Source: Camelus ferus | Lineage: Eukaryota | Length of the DNA: 64,000 nucleotides | Assembly: GCF_009834535.1 (NCBI RefSeq) | Contig: NC_045696.1 | Span: forward strand, 76,758,001-76,822,000 | Reading direction: 5' to 3' | In this document: positions 50,830-63,167 of the stretch, in pieces | Position numbering within the stretch: position 1 is the stretch's first letter | Layout of the letters: each line of letters opens with the position of its first letter | Program-made: the position numbers and the translations under genes | The notes under the pieces: model-generated | What the model was told of the DNA's origin: nothing | The model's input: only the letters and a program-made list of their open reading frames with translations | Databases searched by the model: none

Positions 50830-51079
50830 CTAATACAAGTAATTTGCCTTCACATCGCAAATAGGTGTTGCTCTTTGTCAAACAGGGATCTATCTCCTGG
50901 GATGAACAGAGGGTCAGATAAAAATCCTTCCTCCCGGTTTTCATTGAGCAAGGGTACATCCTGAACACCTAGGCCTCCAACTTACGTCTTAGGATGAATC
51001 ACTGTTAGTGATTAGACATCTTTGAAAGTTACGTTCCTTATACTTGTAGCGCCTCCTATATTTACCCACTACGTTTACC

Positions 51080-54000
51080 CACCACAGTACTTGACTGGAT
51101 CATTTCAAAATGGAGAATCTCACTGACCCTGTCCCTCTCTCCACCTAAAGCCATTTAATGGCGTCTCATTACTGTGCTCTACGGGGTCCTTCCGGGTCTG
51201 GTTCCCTGCTACCTCCCCAACTTCATCTGCTTATTTTCCCCCTCGGGCTCAGAGCTCAAACCTCACCAACTTTCTCTCAGGCCCTTGTCCCTCCTGCCAT
51301 GGAGAATTTGCACCTGATGACCCCTCTTTTTTGTGATATGTCGCATTTTCTTCTCACTCAGCTGACTCTCATTTCCTCACTGCTCTCAGCTCCATCATCA
51401 CCTCCGCGGGGAAATCGTTCACAAATCCTCACTCTGACCAGGCTGCATTCCCTCTATGGTACTTATTCATTTTTGATAACCCTGTTTCCCAAGAGTGAGT
51501 CCAGGCCTATAACTTGCTGGGTGGGGACAGCACTCCCTTCCTCCCTTTGGTACGTGTTTCTGATAATTTCTTGGTGAACAGAACAATCAACTGTATTTGT
51601 TTTCCTCACTGCTTCCTGAAACAAGTTTTCCCTGCTCTTGTGTGTTTTGATAAACTCTGTTCTCTCCCATTTCATGCAGTGACTATCGTGTCTGCTGCAG
51701 CATCTCCAACCACTTCTTCTTCTTTTTTAGGTTCCTCTTCTTTCTCTGTCCCGTCCATGTAGGTATTCTTCAGTGCCCTGTCACTATTTCTACTCCCTTC
51801 TTCCTGTATAACCACCCCCCAGGTTACCATGTCTACCCTCATGACCTCTGCTCCTCCTCAGGCACCAGTGAGGCTCAGACTTTTCTTCCTCTCTCCCTAG
51901 CATCCACCTCACACTTGAGCTCAGTTGCATTTTTCTAACAAACAAATGAACATTGCATTTTGATGTGTTGAAGACTCCTGACATTCTGTATGTCTAATGT
52001 CAACCTCCAGAGTTCTCCCACTAGCATGGCTCCTTCTCCTTTATTCTCCGAGCTAGTTCTCCTCTCTCTCTTCTTCCAGTTTTACCAAGATACCATGGGC
52101 ATATAGCACTGTGTAAGTTTCAGGTGGACAGCATAATGACTTACATATGTTATGAAATGATTGCAATAAGTTTAGTGAACATCTTTTATCACATATAGAT
52201 ACAGAATTAAATTAAAAAAATAAAAGTTTTTTCCTTGTGATGAGAGTTCTTGGGATTTATTCTCTTAACAACATTCAGATATAACATATAGCAGAGTCAA
52301 TTATATTGATCAGGTTGTAATTACATCCCAAGTGCTTGTTTATCTTTTAACTGGAAGTCTGTACCTTTTGCCCCCTCTACCTCTACCTCCACCCTTGCCT
52401 CTGGTGCCCTCAAATCTGATCTCTTTTTCTATAAGTTTGTTCGTTCGTTTGTTTTCGAAGTGTAATTGACCTACAACACTGTTAGTTCCTATTACACAAC
52501 ATATTGATTTGATATTTCTGTACTTTTCAACATGGTGGCTGTGATAAATATAGTTACGATCTGTCATGATACAAAGATATTAAATAGTTATTGACTGTAC
52601 TCCCCACTCTGTACATTTCATACATACGACCCCCTTTATTTTGCAACTGGAAAGTTGTATCTTCTATTTCTTTTTTCCCACTCTCCTCGCTGGCATGAAC
52701 CTGTTTGTTCTCTGTATCTAAAACAAAGTTTCTCTTTTGTTATGTTTATTCATTTGTTTTGTTTTTTAGCTCCACATATAAGTGAAATCATACAGTATTT
52801 GTCTTTCTCCATCTGACTTATTTCACTTATGATAATACCTTCTAGTCCATCCATGGTGTCACAAATGGCAAAATTTTGTTCTTCTTTATGGCTAATATCC
52901 CATTGTATGTGTGTGTATATGTGTATACATGAAAAGTGTATGTGTTTACACACACACACATATACATACATATACACACACATCACATCTTCTTTATCCA
53001 GTCATCTATTGATGGGCTCTTGGGTTGCTTCCATATCCTGGCTATTGTAAATAATACTGCTATGAACATTGGGGTGCATGTCTTTTCAAATTAATGTTTT
53101 TATTTTCTTTGGACGTATACCAGGGAGTGGAATTGTTGAATCATATGGTAGTTCTATTTTTAATTTTTTGAGGAACCTCCATAGTGACAGAGGGTTTTCC
53201 ATAGTGTTGGTACCAGTTTACCAGTTTACCTTCCCACCAGCAGTGCACAAGGGTTCCCAGCATTTGCTATTTTTTTCTTTTTTGATAATAACCATTCCGA
53301 CAGGTGTGAGGTGATATCTCCTTGTGGTCTTGATTTGCGTTTTCCTGATGATTAATGATGTTGAGCTTCTTTTCATGTGCCTGTTGATCATCTGCACTTC
53401 CTCTTTGGAAAAAGATCTGTTCAGTTCTTCTGCCCATTTTTTTTAATCAGGTTGTTTGTTTTCTTGATGTTGAGTTGTATGAATTCTTTGTATATTTTGG
53501 ATATTAACCCCTTGTTGGATATATTGTTGGCAAATATCTTCTCCCATTTAGTAGGTGGACTTTTCTTTTTGTTGATAGTTTCCTTTCCTGTGCAAAAGCT
53601 TTTTAGTCTGATACAGTCCCTTTGTTCAGTTTTGCTTTTTTCCCCCTTGCCTGAGAAGATATATCCAAGTGAGATCTCTTGGAATCAGTTTTGACTCTTT
53701 CTTCTTTCAAATTCCTTTCACTTTCATCTCAATACTCATTTGATCACCAGGTATGGTGGGATCTACCTCTTAAATGTCTCTAGAATCTGGCTTCTCTATT
53801 CCTGTCTTTCCTCAAAGAGGATATCTCCCTAGTCTCCCTCAATTAAACCTCATCTTCAGTCTATCCATCTATAGTTCATCAACAATATTGTCATCAGAGT
53901 TATTTCAAAACAAACAGAAATTTGGCCTTTGAAAAACTGTTTATTAAACATTTTTCTACAGGGTGGTGCCTAAGGTCCTTGGCATGACATTTAACATTCT

Positions 54001-54460
54001 GATCATCTCTTGTTCATTCGCCCATGAATCGTTGACTCCTATGATGCTAGTCTTCCTGGCTCTACACACTTGATGCCCTCTGTGGTTTTGCTCATGCTGA
54101 TTCCTCAGCCATCAGTTCTTTCTTCTTCCTTTTCTGACTGGATAACTTCTTCACTCTTCAAATGTCACCTTCCTTATGAAATTGCCCTGGAACTGCCTAG
54201 CAAGAATTAGTAACTGACCCCTCCTTGCTATTGCTACAGGATTTTGAACATGCCTTTGTAGTGCTTATTATAATGAACAAACAAGTAATATACATATGTG
54301 CATATATATAACTTTAGTTATTTTTACTTATGTGTATGCTTCCCTCACTAAGGAGAAACACTATAAAAATAGGGACAGCATCTTAGTATGTCTTCATCTT
54401 TACATCTCCAGAGTTTAGTATAATACTTGGAACTAGACCACATGGTAGGGATTTGAAACC
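51080..54460 (+). mobile_element. L2 fragments (51080-51560, 51680-52060, 53690-54460), split by the L1 at 52072-53670
   Basis: Pyrimidine-rich L2 sense motifs: TACCTCTTAAATGTCTCTAGAATC, CAAATGTCACCTTCC..TGAAA, AGGGACAG.ATCTT..TCTTTACATCTCCAG. Confidence 0.6.
52072..53670 (-). mobile_element. 5'-truncated older L1 (L1MA9/laurasiatherian-type 3' end) inserted in an L2
   Basis: Antisense ORF2 C-terminal remnants (ORF track 52750-52986: MDGLEGIIISEISQMEKDKYCMISLICG). 53050-53650 is colinear with 23830-24420 of the full-length L1. Typical 3'UTR segments present. Confidence 0.88.
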
Positions 54461-56009
54461 TTTCTGTCAAATTGTATTTAGCAAATGGTACAGTGCGTTG
54501 GCTGAACACTCTCCTATTTAGAATATGGGCAGAAATTGCTGGAAAAACTCCAACTATCGAGAAACAGACAATGTGTGTTTTTTAAGTCAATGTTGAGTAA
54601 GTTTTTTGCTGAAGGATTGAAAGGTAAAAACATGGTTGACATGTATTTCACATAATGTGTGCTGCAGTCATTAATAATTCCCCTTTTAGAGAAAAGTAAA
54701 TAGAGCCTCAGAGAGGTTAGATTCAGAAATCAAATCCTCTCTATTTTTCCCTCAGGTTGTCCACAGGTAAGAGAGATAGGGCAGAACTGGGAGTGCAGTA
54801 TTGTTAGGCTGACCCAGAGGAAAGCCATGGTGATGAAGACAGGTGCATGAGGGACACTGGTTTTAGGAAAGATAAATTCATCCACAATAAAGTCAGTAAG
54901 GAGTCATTTCAGAGGTTACCCTGCAGTTGTGAGAGAAAAGCATTTACTTACACTTTCAGTTTATGGTATTTTCTGAGGCATGGTGAAATTAGTATTCAGT
55001 GATAAGTGCATTTTTTGGGGGTAAATTCAGTCTGTGCTTAGTAGTCTGATGAGAAATTTTACTGCACTTCATGTCAAGGGTTAGGCATAAAAGCATGTCA
55101 TTCTGAAGTTAAAATCCATTTTAGTCAAGTAGATTGGAAATAATTATATTGTGGGACCAACTCTCAGTTTTCCAGTTTTAGCAAAGGCAGAATTAGAAAT
55201 GAAACTTAAGTTAGAATAGCAGTTTAAAATAATGATAAACATGGAATGTTGATGTTGAAAAAGACTTGACATGCATCTAATTTACCTAGAGAAAACTGGG
55301 GCTCCAAAAAGTCAGGTGATTTGTCTAAAGTAACATGAATTAATTCAAGGTTTGGCTGAACCCTAGTAAACTGCCTTCATGTCCAGTACTCTTTCCGTGA
55401 CCACAGACATGATTCTCCCATATGAATGAGAGTACCTACACTTCCAGAATTTTCTTATCTTGGGCCAGTGGCTTTGATTTTTATTTGTTTTGAGAGTTTT
55501 TTTTTTGGACAGCTTTTGTCCATTTATCTCTTGGATTGGAGAGCATTTATCTAAATAGAGAGCTGAGCTTCTTCTTAATATTCAAACACCCTTATAGGAT
55601 AATAAGTCAACTTCGGAAAGTGTATTTTTTTCCCCAGAAAACTTGTAGAAACATGCCTCATCAGTGTAAGAAACTCTTCATGACAATTTTGAAAGTACCT
55701 AGTGTATGAAGGTCCTTGCAACCTGCCAGAACAAAGCTCTTCCTTGTTCCAGCAGTTGAATTTAGTTGAGGTTTGTATTTTGTTCTTACCAAAGTCATGT
55801 TTGATGTGTAAGACTCAGGTCTGTCTCTCCTCTTGAAACCTCTAGAACTTTCCTTGATGCGGTCTTGCTTTCATAAATATTAGTATGAGCCTTTCAAACG
55901 TTGTACTCTGAGTGAAGGGAGGTAGAAACTGGGAGGGAAAGGGATGGGTATAGGTGGCAAGGGGTGGCCAGGAATCAAACCCGCAAAGCCTCCTTCAACT
56001 ATCCTTACC

Positions 56010-56230
56010 TAATATTTGCAAAGTGCTGAATTGATGCCAAATACTTTCATGTTTTCAGCCAGTTTGTTTTTACAGCAGCCCTCAGTGTTACCATTGTGGA
56101 CATCATTGTGTAATGAAAACTGAGGCTCAGTGATGCTAGATAATTTTCCCCACGTGACACACCCAGCATATTGCAGAGCTGGGACCTGGCCAATGTCTGA
56201 AGACTCCCAGCCCAGAGTTCTTTCCTCTCC
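56010..56230 (-). mobile_element. MIR SINE fragment
   Basis: ATGAAAACTGAGGCTCAG..CCCCACGTGACACACCCAG..GCAGAGCTGGGAC..TCTGAAGACTCCCAGCCCAG. Confidence 0.7.
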
Positions 56231-56769
56231 CCCAGTTGTCACATTTCCAATGTGGAGACCCTCCAAAGATAACAGCATTTCAACTCTCATGCTGTTTTCT
56301 CTGGAACATTTGATTGGACACTTGAGCACAGGGATTGAAAAGTCAATAATTTAGTCTTTCAAAGGAGATTTCACCATATCCCTTTGGTTTGGCTTATTCC
56401 AGGATTCTAATAATCTTTCAGTAGGAGAATTGCAAAGATGTTTGTGTAAATGAAAATCACAGCCTAATTTATAAAAGCTTTGTGTCAGATCTTTCCAACA
56501 GAAATCCAGGTTTCTCAAGAGTACGAGTTAAGCTGTTTTGTTTCTTGATATCCATCTCATCCCCATCCCAACAACAGTTACTAGCATGATATTCTACCTA
56601 AAGAGAGTTCTTTTAATTTCTCAGTGAAACTAACGTCCAAATTTTCATTTGGCTCTAAGACTTTGTAATTCTATGGGTGTATATAATGGAAAAGATATTT
56701 ATTTTATACATACTGTCATTCTACTTCAGAAATTCAATTATATTTTTATGTAAGAATATTATACGCGCA

Positions 56770-57110
56770 ATTACCCTTCCAAAATTCCCACATTTTTTTT
56801 TACACTAAACCCAATTTTCATGTTAGGAATAATTGAACTGCAAATATTGTATACATATAAATGACAGGTGTGTGTGTTATAAATATGGTTTGTGTGTGTA
56901 CGTGTGTCCAAATGCTACACGTCAGCCTCTCGTGTCTTCTCACCACTGGTGATGTTGAGCTTGATCAGTTGTTTAAGGTGGTGACCACCCGAGCTCTCCG
57001 TTGTAGGTGTACATTACCTTTTTGTAACAAATAAGTAATCTATGGGTGATACTTTGAGGCATGGGAATGAATTATATATATATGTGTGTATATATGTATA
57101 TGTGTATATA

Positions 57111-57162
<52 letters not shown>

Positions 57163-57260
57163 TATATGTTCCTTCTCTATCTGTGGAAAAAATGGGCCTA
57201 CACCATTCTCCCTCTTGATCTGTTTTCTGTTAATTCTACCTCGCGGAATATCCTTTGATT
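56770..57260 (-). mobile_element. Old L1 3' fragment (L1MC-like) containing a (TA)n microsatellite
   Basis: GGTGATGTT..CTTGATCA.TTG.TTAAGGTGGTG, TTTGTAA.AAATAAGTAATCT.TGGG.GATACTTTGAG. Confidence 0.6.
57073..57167. repeat. (TA)n/(TG)n microsatellite
   Basis: Interrupted TA/TG array followed by an uninterrupted TA run at ~57119-57158. Confidence 0.95.
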
Positions 57261-57295
57261 AACTCCACCCCATGCAATATCCTTTTCAAATTTAC

Positions 57296-57897
57296 TGTGT
57301 TGAGGGTCCCTAAACCACTCTCAGTTTTGGTGATTGACTAGGACTTATGGAACTTATAAAGCTATCATTATTTATGGTTCTGTTTTGCTACAGGGAATGA
57401 ATACAGATTAAAATTAGTAAATTGAAAGGCTCACAGGGCAGAGTCTGGGATTAGCCAGGCTCCGATTTCTGGCCCTTGTTTCCTAATGGAGTCACATAAA
57501 TGGCTCTTAATTCTCCTAGCAACATGTGTGACAACATGTGTGATGGATTGCCTATCAGGGAAGCTTACCTGAGCCTTGGCGTGTAGGATTTTATTGAGTG
57601 TCAGTCATGTAGGCATGGATCATCTATTAAGTTTCTACCTATTTCCTCCCACCCCTGGAGGTCAGACTAATGTAGCATGGCCTCAGAGAACAAAAACAGA
57701 CATTCACTATAAATCTCATTGGCCTAAACTATTTGGTGTGATACAAGACCTAGGGTCTTAAAAGGCAATCTTGTTGGGTAGGATACTCCAAGGGTTTAGG
57801 AGTTATTTCCCAGGAAGCAGTTAGAGGCCAGTTCTTTCTTTGGAAAGTAAGGGATTAGAGGCAACCCAAGACCACTGAGTTAAGCCTTTAATGCATA
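57296..57897 (-). mobile_element. MER21-like ERVL LTR
   Basis: GGGTCCCTAAACCAC, GAATACAGATTAAAAT, TGGAGTCAC, CTTAATTCTCCTAGCAAC..TGTGTGACAACATGTGTG, CAGGGAAGCT.ACCTGAGCCTTGG, GAGTTAAGCCTTT. Confidence 0.8.
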
Positions 57898-58544
57898 TGT
57901 AGACAAATACCTTCATTCTTCTTTTAGTTAACAGTTGCTTAAGACAAAGTTTTCTCTTATCTCTTTGGTCCTCTCTTTTCTATTGTGCTTCTGAGTACTC
58001 AAAATGTCACTAATTATAGCTGAAAAGCTGTGCATAATGTTAGTGGTATATGTATTTCTTAGAAAAAGGATGTTAAATTTTTCTAAGGGAACATTAGACA
58101 TAAGTGAATCAGTATCATGACTTCTAATACTCCGTTGAGAAAGTTTTCTTCATCTAATGAAACTCATTTGTCCCTGCAAGAACCAGCATTCACACTAAAT
58201 TCAATTTTTCTTACTTAATTTGTTCCTGTTCTGTGTAATCACTAGTTTCATAATATGATAGTTTTTTAAATTTCTTTTTTTAATGGCATTTTTTTTTTGG
58301 TATTTTTGCTCGAGCAAGGCTTATGAAATGTTTTTGAGATGACTTAGGAACTTAGTCACCACTTACAAGGCTGATGTTCTCTTCAAATACAATCAAGGTC
58401 ACAATCATTTCACTGCAAATTAATTTAGGAATATAGTTTGCTTGTACTTTAAAGATTGCTTGTCTTTTCTGAAGTGCAAGTATTTGAGGCAAAGTCTCTC
58501 TCTTTTGTTTGATAGATTAAAAAAAATAAATTCTGTTTTACCAC

Positions 58545-58680
58545 TTTATTTTTTGGGGGGTAATTAAGCTTATTTATGTTATTTTATTATTATTAGTTTT
58601 TTAATGGAAGTACTGGGGATTGAACTCAGGACTTATGCATGCTAAGCATACTTTCTACCACTGAGCTAAACCCTCCCTCC
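58545..58680 (-). mobile_element. tRNA-derived SINE (camelid Vic-1-like)
   Basis: Minus strand GGAGGGAGGGTTTAGCTCAGTGGTAG...GAGTTCAATCCCCAGTAC...A-rich...TAATTACCCCCC, homologous to 39093-39206. No clear TSD. Confidence 0.85.
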
Positions 58681-59815
58681 TGATTCATAGATATTGTACA
58701 GAGCTATAGAAACCATTTGTCAAAAACAAGGCTTAATTCTTAATTCTTAATTTTTAGAGTGCTGTTGGATGATTTCATTCAATGATTGTTCTCTTTTAGC
58801 TCTAGAATATCCTATAGGTTTGTAAGATACATTAGTTGTCACAGTTTTTATACACACAGATCAGAATCCACTGTGGCTTGTTTAACTAGAAGAGTATTTA
58901 TTCAGAGAAATAACTAGTTCATTGAGAAGTCTGAAGAAACATGCTCTGGCTGAACTATGGCCAGAGCACAGTGCAGGACCAGGCTCGCAGAGGAGCTGCT
59001 GCCTCTGCCAGGGACACACAGTTGCCACCCAGGCAGCCGCCAGTGTAGTCATCCACACCGGCATTCACCGGCTCTGCCGACCCCAGGGCAGGTAGGTAGG
59101 TGTCCTTGCTTCGTGTAAATCCATCCCAGGTCATAAAAGTCTGAAGTGAGTGCTTTTCTTCCAGAGTGACTCAGTTCTGAGTCAGGGTCTTGCACAGAAT
59201 ACCTGCATGGTGACAGTTGAATAATATGCAGAATGCCAGCCGCAAGGAAGTTCGGGAAATAGAATTTTCCAGCTTCCCTGCTTTGGAGAGCTAGGAGGGG
59301 GTTGGAACAAGTGCTGGACCAGCAAGCAAACCCACCATCTCTCAGAGGAAGGAGAGATGCTAGGAGGGGCCCACTGATTTACTTCTGTTTTCCCAGCTAC
59401 CACATCAGATGCTATGCTGACAGGATTACCTATACCCTGCAGAGCAATTTACACCTAATAGTAAATGCTCTCATTTTCTCCTATTATTTAGGACCTAAAC
59501 AGAGAGTTGTTTCCTGAAATGTGTACAACTCATACTTTAAATTTCTCTTACACTGGTGTGGGATTTTCTGTTCTCTCTGAACAACAGTTGGGGCTCTCTG
59601 GAGCATCACTACTGAAGTTGCTTTCAAGTTGGATGGTAAGGGCATAGACGTGATGGAGACTCTGAGATGAATACACTGGAGGCTGTGGAGTGAGATTTAA
59701 AAAAAAGTATCTGAGGAGAAATGGGATGATTTATCCTGCACCCTAGGGTTTTGGAAATCTTTAGACCTCAATTCTCTTTGCCACAATTTGGCAGACTTCC
59801 TTCATCCTTTAAATT

Positions 59816-59851
59816 AAAAACAAAAACAAAAACAAAAACAAAAACAAAAAC
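59816..59851. repeat. (AAAAAC)6 repeat
   Basis: Six exact copies read directly. Confidence 0.95.
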
Positions 59852-61344
59852 AATTATTATTTGAATATTTTTCAAATTTTTATTCTTAACTCTACCTCCC
59901 TGTGGGGGAAGCTGTGGTGGTGCTCTGCCTAATTTACAGCTCACGGACTCTTTAACTATGGCCTTCTCTTAAATGTGTGAAAACATTAGAAAGGAATTTC
60001 CTCTGTTTCTAAGTGTGTTGAACTCTTAATCCCTTGAGGAAAGGCCGTACTGAGCCTTATTTGTTGTCTTTAAAATTGAAGAGTTTTGGCAACTTATTTA
60101 AATTCCCTTGTTACCAATTTCCACTCAGTAGCAGCTGGAATGCCCTGGAAGTTCGTTTGGTTACTGGGGGACAGTTCAGAGAAATGAGTATAATTTCTGT
60201 GCTACCAAGAGACCAATAGTAAATATATGTATTAAACATTATACTGTATTCAATAAAATATTCAGGAAATTTGGGGGCAAAAATAACATATTTTTCCTGA
60301 ATTCCATTTCTGGGCCTCAAAAGTCTTACATAACAAAAATACAAATCCCTGTGCTAGTTTTGGCAGATTTATCTCCAGCCGTTGTTGATATAAGAAACAT
60401 GTATCCAACTGAGCTTCTCAAATAGACTTGAAGTAATTGAGTTTAGAGCACAACATTCCATTTAACCAGGAGCACTGCTGTGAAGGGAAGATGTCACCGG
60501 TTCTCCGAGTGTTCTCCTGCTGGGATTTACACTCTCGTCGCTGCGAGCCCGGTAATGCCTTTACAGCCCAGCTGCAGATGGTGGAACTGACTTTCCAAAC
60601 AAGCTGGATTATTCAAGTAGAAGTATGTGTTCAACTATAACTCCTTTCATCGTGTGATCATTAGGAACAATGTGGCACATGAATGCGTAGAGAGCCGTAT
60701 TATTTGAAAAAAGTCTTACACCAGAAGGACTGAAGGAGAGTGACATGTATATTAAACTAGAACTCTATCCAAGGTTTTGTTCTCAGATAATAGACTTCAT
60801 ATGTCTCCATGTAAATGACATGGTTAAAAGGAACTCACCCATGTTTGCATCTTCAGCAACTCTTGTGTATTATCCTTGGGCAGGTTTTTCTTTTTTTTTT
60901 TTTGGATGGAATCATTTTTGAGATGTCAGTTATTCCAAAATTTTCTCACCCCCTATTGAGCTCATCACCTTTGTGAGAAAGAAAATAAAGACTTTTCTCG
61001 TCTACAAAAGTGATAGACTTCATCCTGGTTTTGAGTAATTATTTAGAATGTCTCTCATGTAAGTGGCTGAGATAGACCCAGGTAATCTGGTATTTGCTTT
61101 TCTCTTTCTCTTACGTGAGTAGTAAAAGCATTCTCAGAATAAGAGCCCAGAGAGTCACTAAAATCAATTTCTACTTCTTCAAAAGTGATTGCGTGTTTAA
61201 GTAATTTGGTTCATTTCCACGTCCCCTCGCCAGTGTTTCAGCTGAGAGACTGTGTATCATGTTTATTAATGAGGTGAATGTTATGTATCTTTAAACATTT
61301 GTGCATTTGGGACAACATTTAATGGAATTTGATGACTTGAAGGG

Positions 61345-62040
61345 ATTTGCCCTAGTAAGCATCATGGTTTATTACAAAGTTGTAGTGATTAAAACAGTGT
61401 GACATTGGGAGAGATTTAAATAACTAGACCAATAGAAGAGAATAAAGAATGCTGAAGCACATTCATGCAAACAGAGAAATCTGTTAAAAAAAAAAAAGGC
61501 ATGTGTGGCTTTGCTAACCAATGGGGGGTGATGGAATATTCAGAAATTATGTAGGATAATTATCCATGTGGAAAAATCAGTTTGTATACCTTTCTCATAC
61601 TACAACAAACACATACGAGATAGATTTAAAATTTTAAAGTTTACCTTTCATATTTCAGTAGAAAATACAGAATGCCTTTATGACTCTGGGATGGAAAAGG
61701 ATTACTTATGGAAACAAACAGGACACACCATAAAGGAAATGAATGATAAATTTAATTCCATAAAAATAAAGAATTTCTCTTCACTATAAGAATACTAGAA
61801 AGAAAGCAGTCTAAAAACTGGGGAAAACATTTTCAAAGGAAAATATTGAAAAGGATTTTGTATGTAGAATGTACAAAGTATCCTTCAAGTCAACCAGAGA
61901 AATGGGCAAAAGATCTGAATAGGCATTTCACAGATGCTCAAAAAGACCTATAAATACACAAAAGTATGCACAATCTCATTTACTAACCAGGGAAATGCCA
62001 ATTAAAAACATAATGTGGTAAGCCTGACACCCATCAGAAA
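61345..62040 (+). mobile_element. Old L1 ORF2 fragment (L1ME/L1M5-like)
   Basis: Degenerate A-rich ORF2 motifs: TATTACAAAGTTGTAGTGATTAAAACAGTGTG, AGACCAATAGAAGAGAATA, GAAATGGGCAAAAGATCTGAATAGGCATTTCACA, GGGAAATGCCAATTAAAA. Confidence 0.75.
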
Positions 62041-62675
62041 TTTTCTTTTAAATGAATATATAGTTGCTATTTTGGACAATGGAGTAGAAATATGTTAAAA
62101 AGCACTGTTCAATTCATAATAACTTTGTTATTTCTCAGTGTTTCTTGAAACGTACAATTATAATCATTCAAGTAATTAAAACTTTTTTTCCCCCACTCTA
62201 AAAAGTGTTTTTCATAGTCAACATGACTGGAAGACAATGCCCTAGGCTGATTTCTACTCCAGCGTAACACAGATAAGGAAAGTATCGCTGAGTGAGTTGG
62301 TTCAAGTTACTCAAAAGACTCTGCGTAATCTTCTATCTAACTGGTGTTTCCAGTCTCAGCATTCATTAATTTTATACTCCACCCCTGACTTTGGCACAGC
62401 TAGCCTCTCTTTCATTTACTGAATGCAACTTGTGTATTTCTCCTGGGTTCTTCTGTATCACTATGTAAATTCTACCTGCCAGTTAGGATTCAATTTTGAC
62501 CCCTTTATCACCTGCCTGAACCTCCCCAACCCAACCTAATTTTTCCTACCTGTGAGCTCTCATAGGCATTTCTAAGTCATTCTAAAGGCAATTGTGGCAT
62601 GGTGCATGGTGTATTACTTAACTTTCATTAATTTGACAACTATCCATTGAACCCTTATTGTGTTTTAAGTACTGA

Positions 62676-63167
62676 TGTTACCCAACTCGTTCTGCTTGCC
62701 ATGTGATAGGCCAGTAAATCAGGAGGCAAGGTGCTGGGGCAAGGAATAACGACACTATTCAGAAAGCCAGCAGACTGAGAAGATGGCAGACTAATGTCAT
62801 GGAGAACCATTTTCCTAAAGTCAGAATTCAGATTCCTTTTATACTAAAAGGGGAGGGGGTGTGGTTAGTTATTGCAAACTCCTTGGTGTCGGAATCCTTT
62901 GTTCTTGAAGCTGTCCATGTAGTCAGGTCAAGATGCTCCTGTAAACCTCCAACAAATGTTATTCTCCATTCTGCAACTTTTTATCTCTATGTGATTGGAG
63001 AAGTGTTATATCCTCAAGGTCAGAGCCTTGAGAATGGGTGTTCCTGTATATTTCAGGCTATAGGCAACTTTCTTTTACAAAAGGTGCAGAACCAGTAGGA
63101 CTAAGCACAGGGTTAGAGCTGAAGGAACAGATCTAATATGGAGTCAGATTTGTTCTTCCCTATTACA
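62676..63167 (-). mobile_element. ERV1-type solo LTR, copy B
   Basis: TGTTACC...TATTACA termini. Perfect 4-bp TSD CTGA (62672-62675 / 63168-63171). Shares exact blocks with copy A, e.g. GAAAGCCAGCAGACTGAGAA, GGTCAGAGCCTTGAGAATGGG, TCTTTTACAAAAGGTGCAGAA. Confidence 0.92.
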
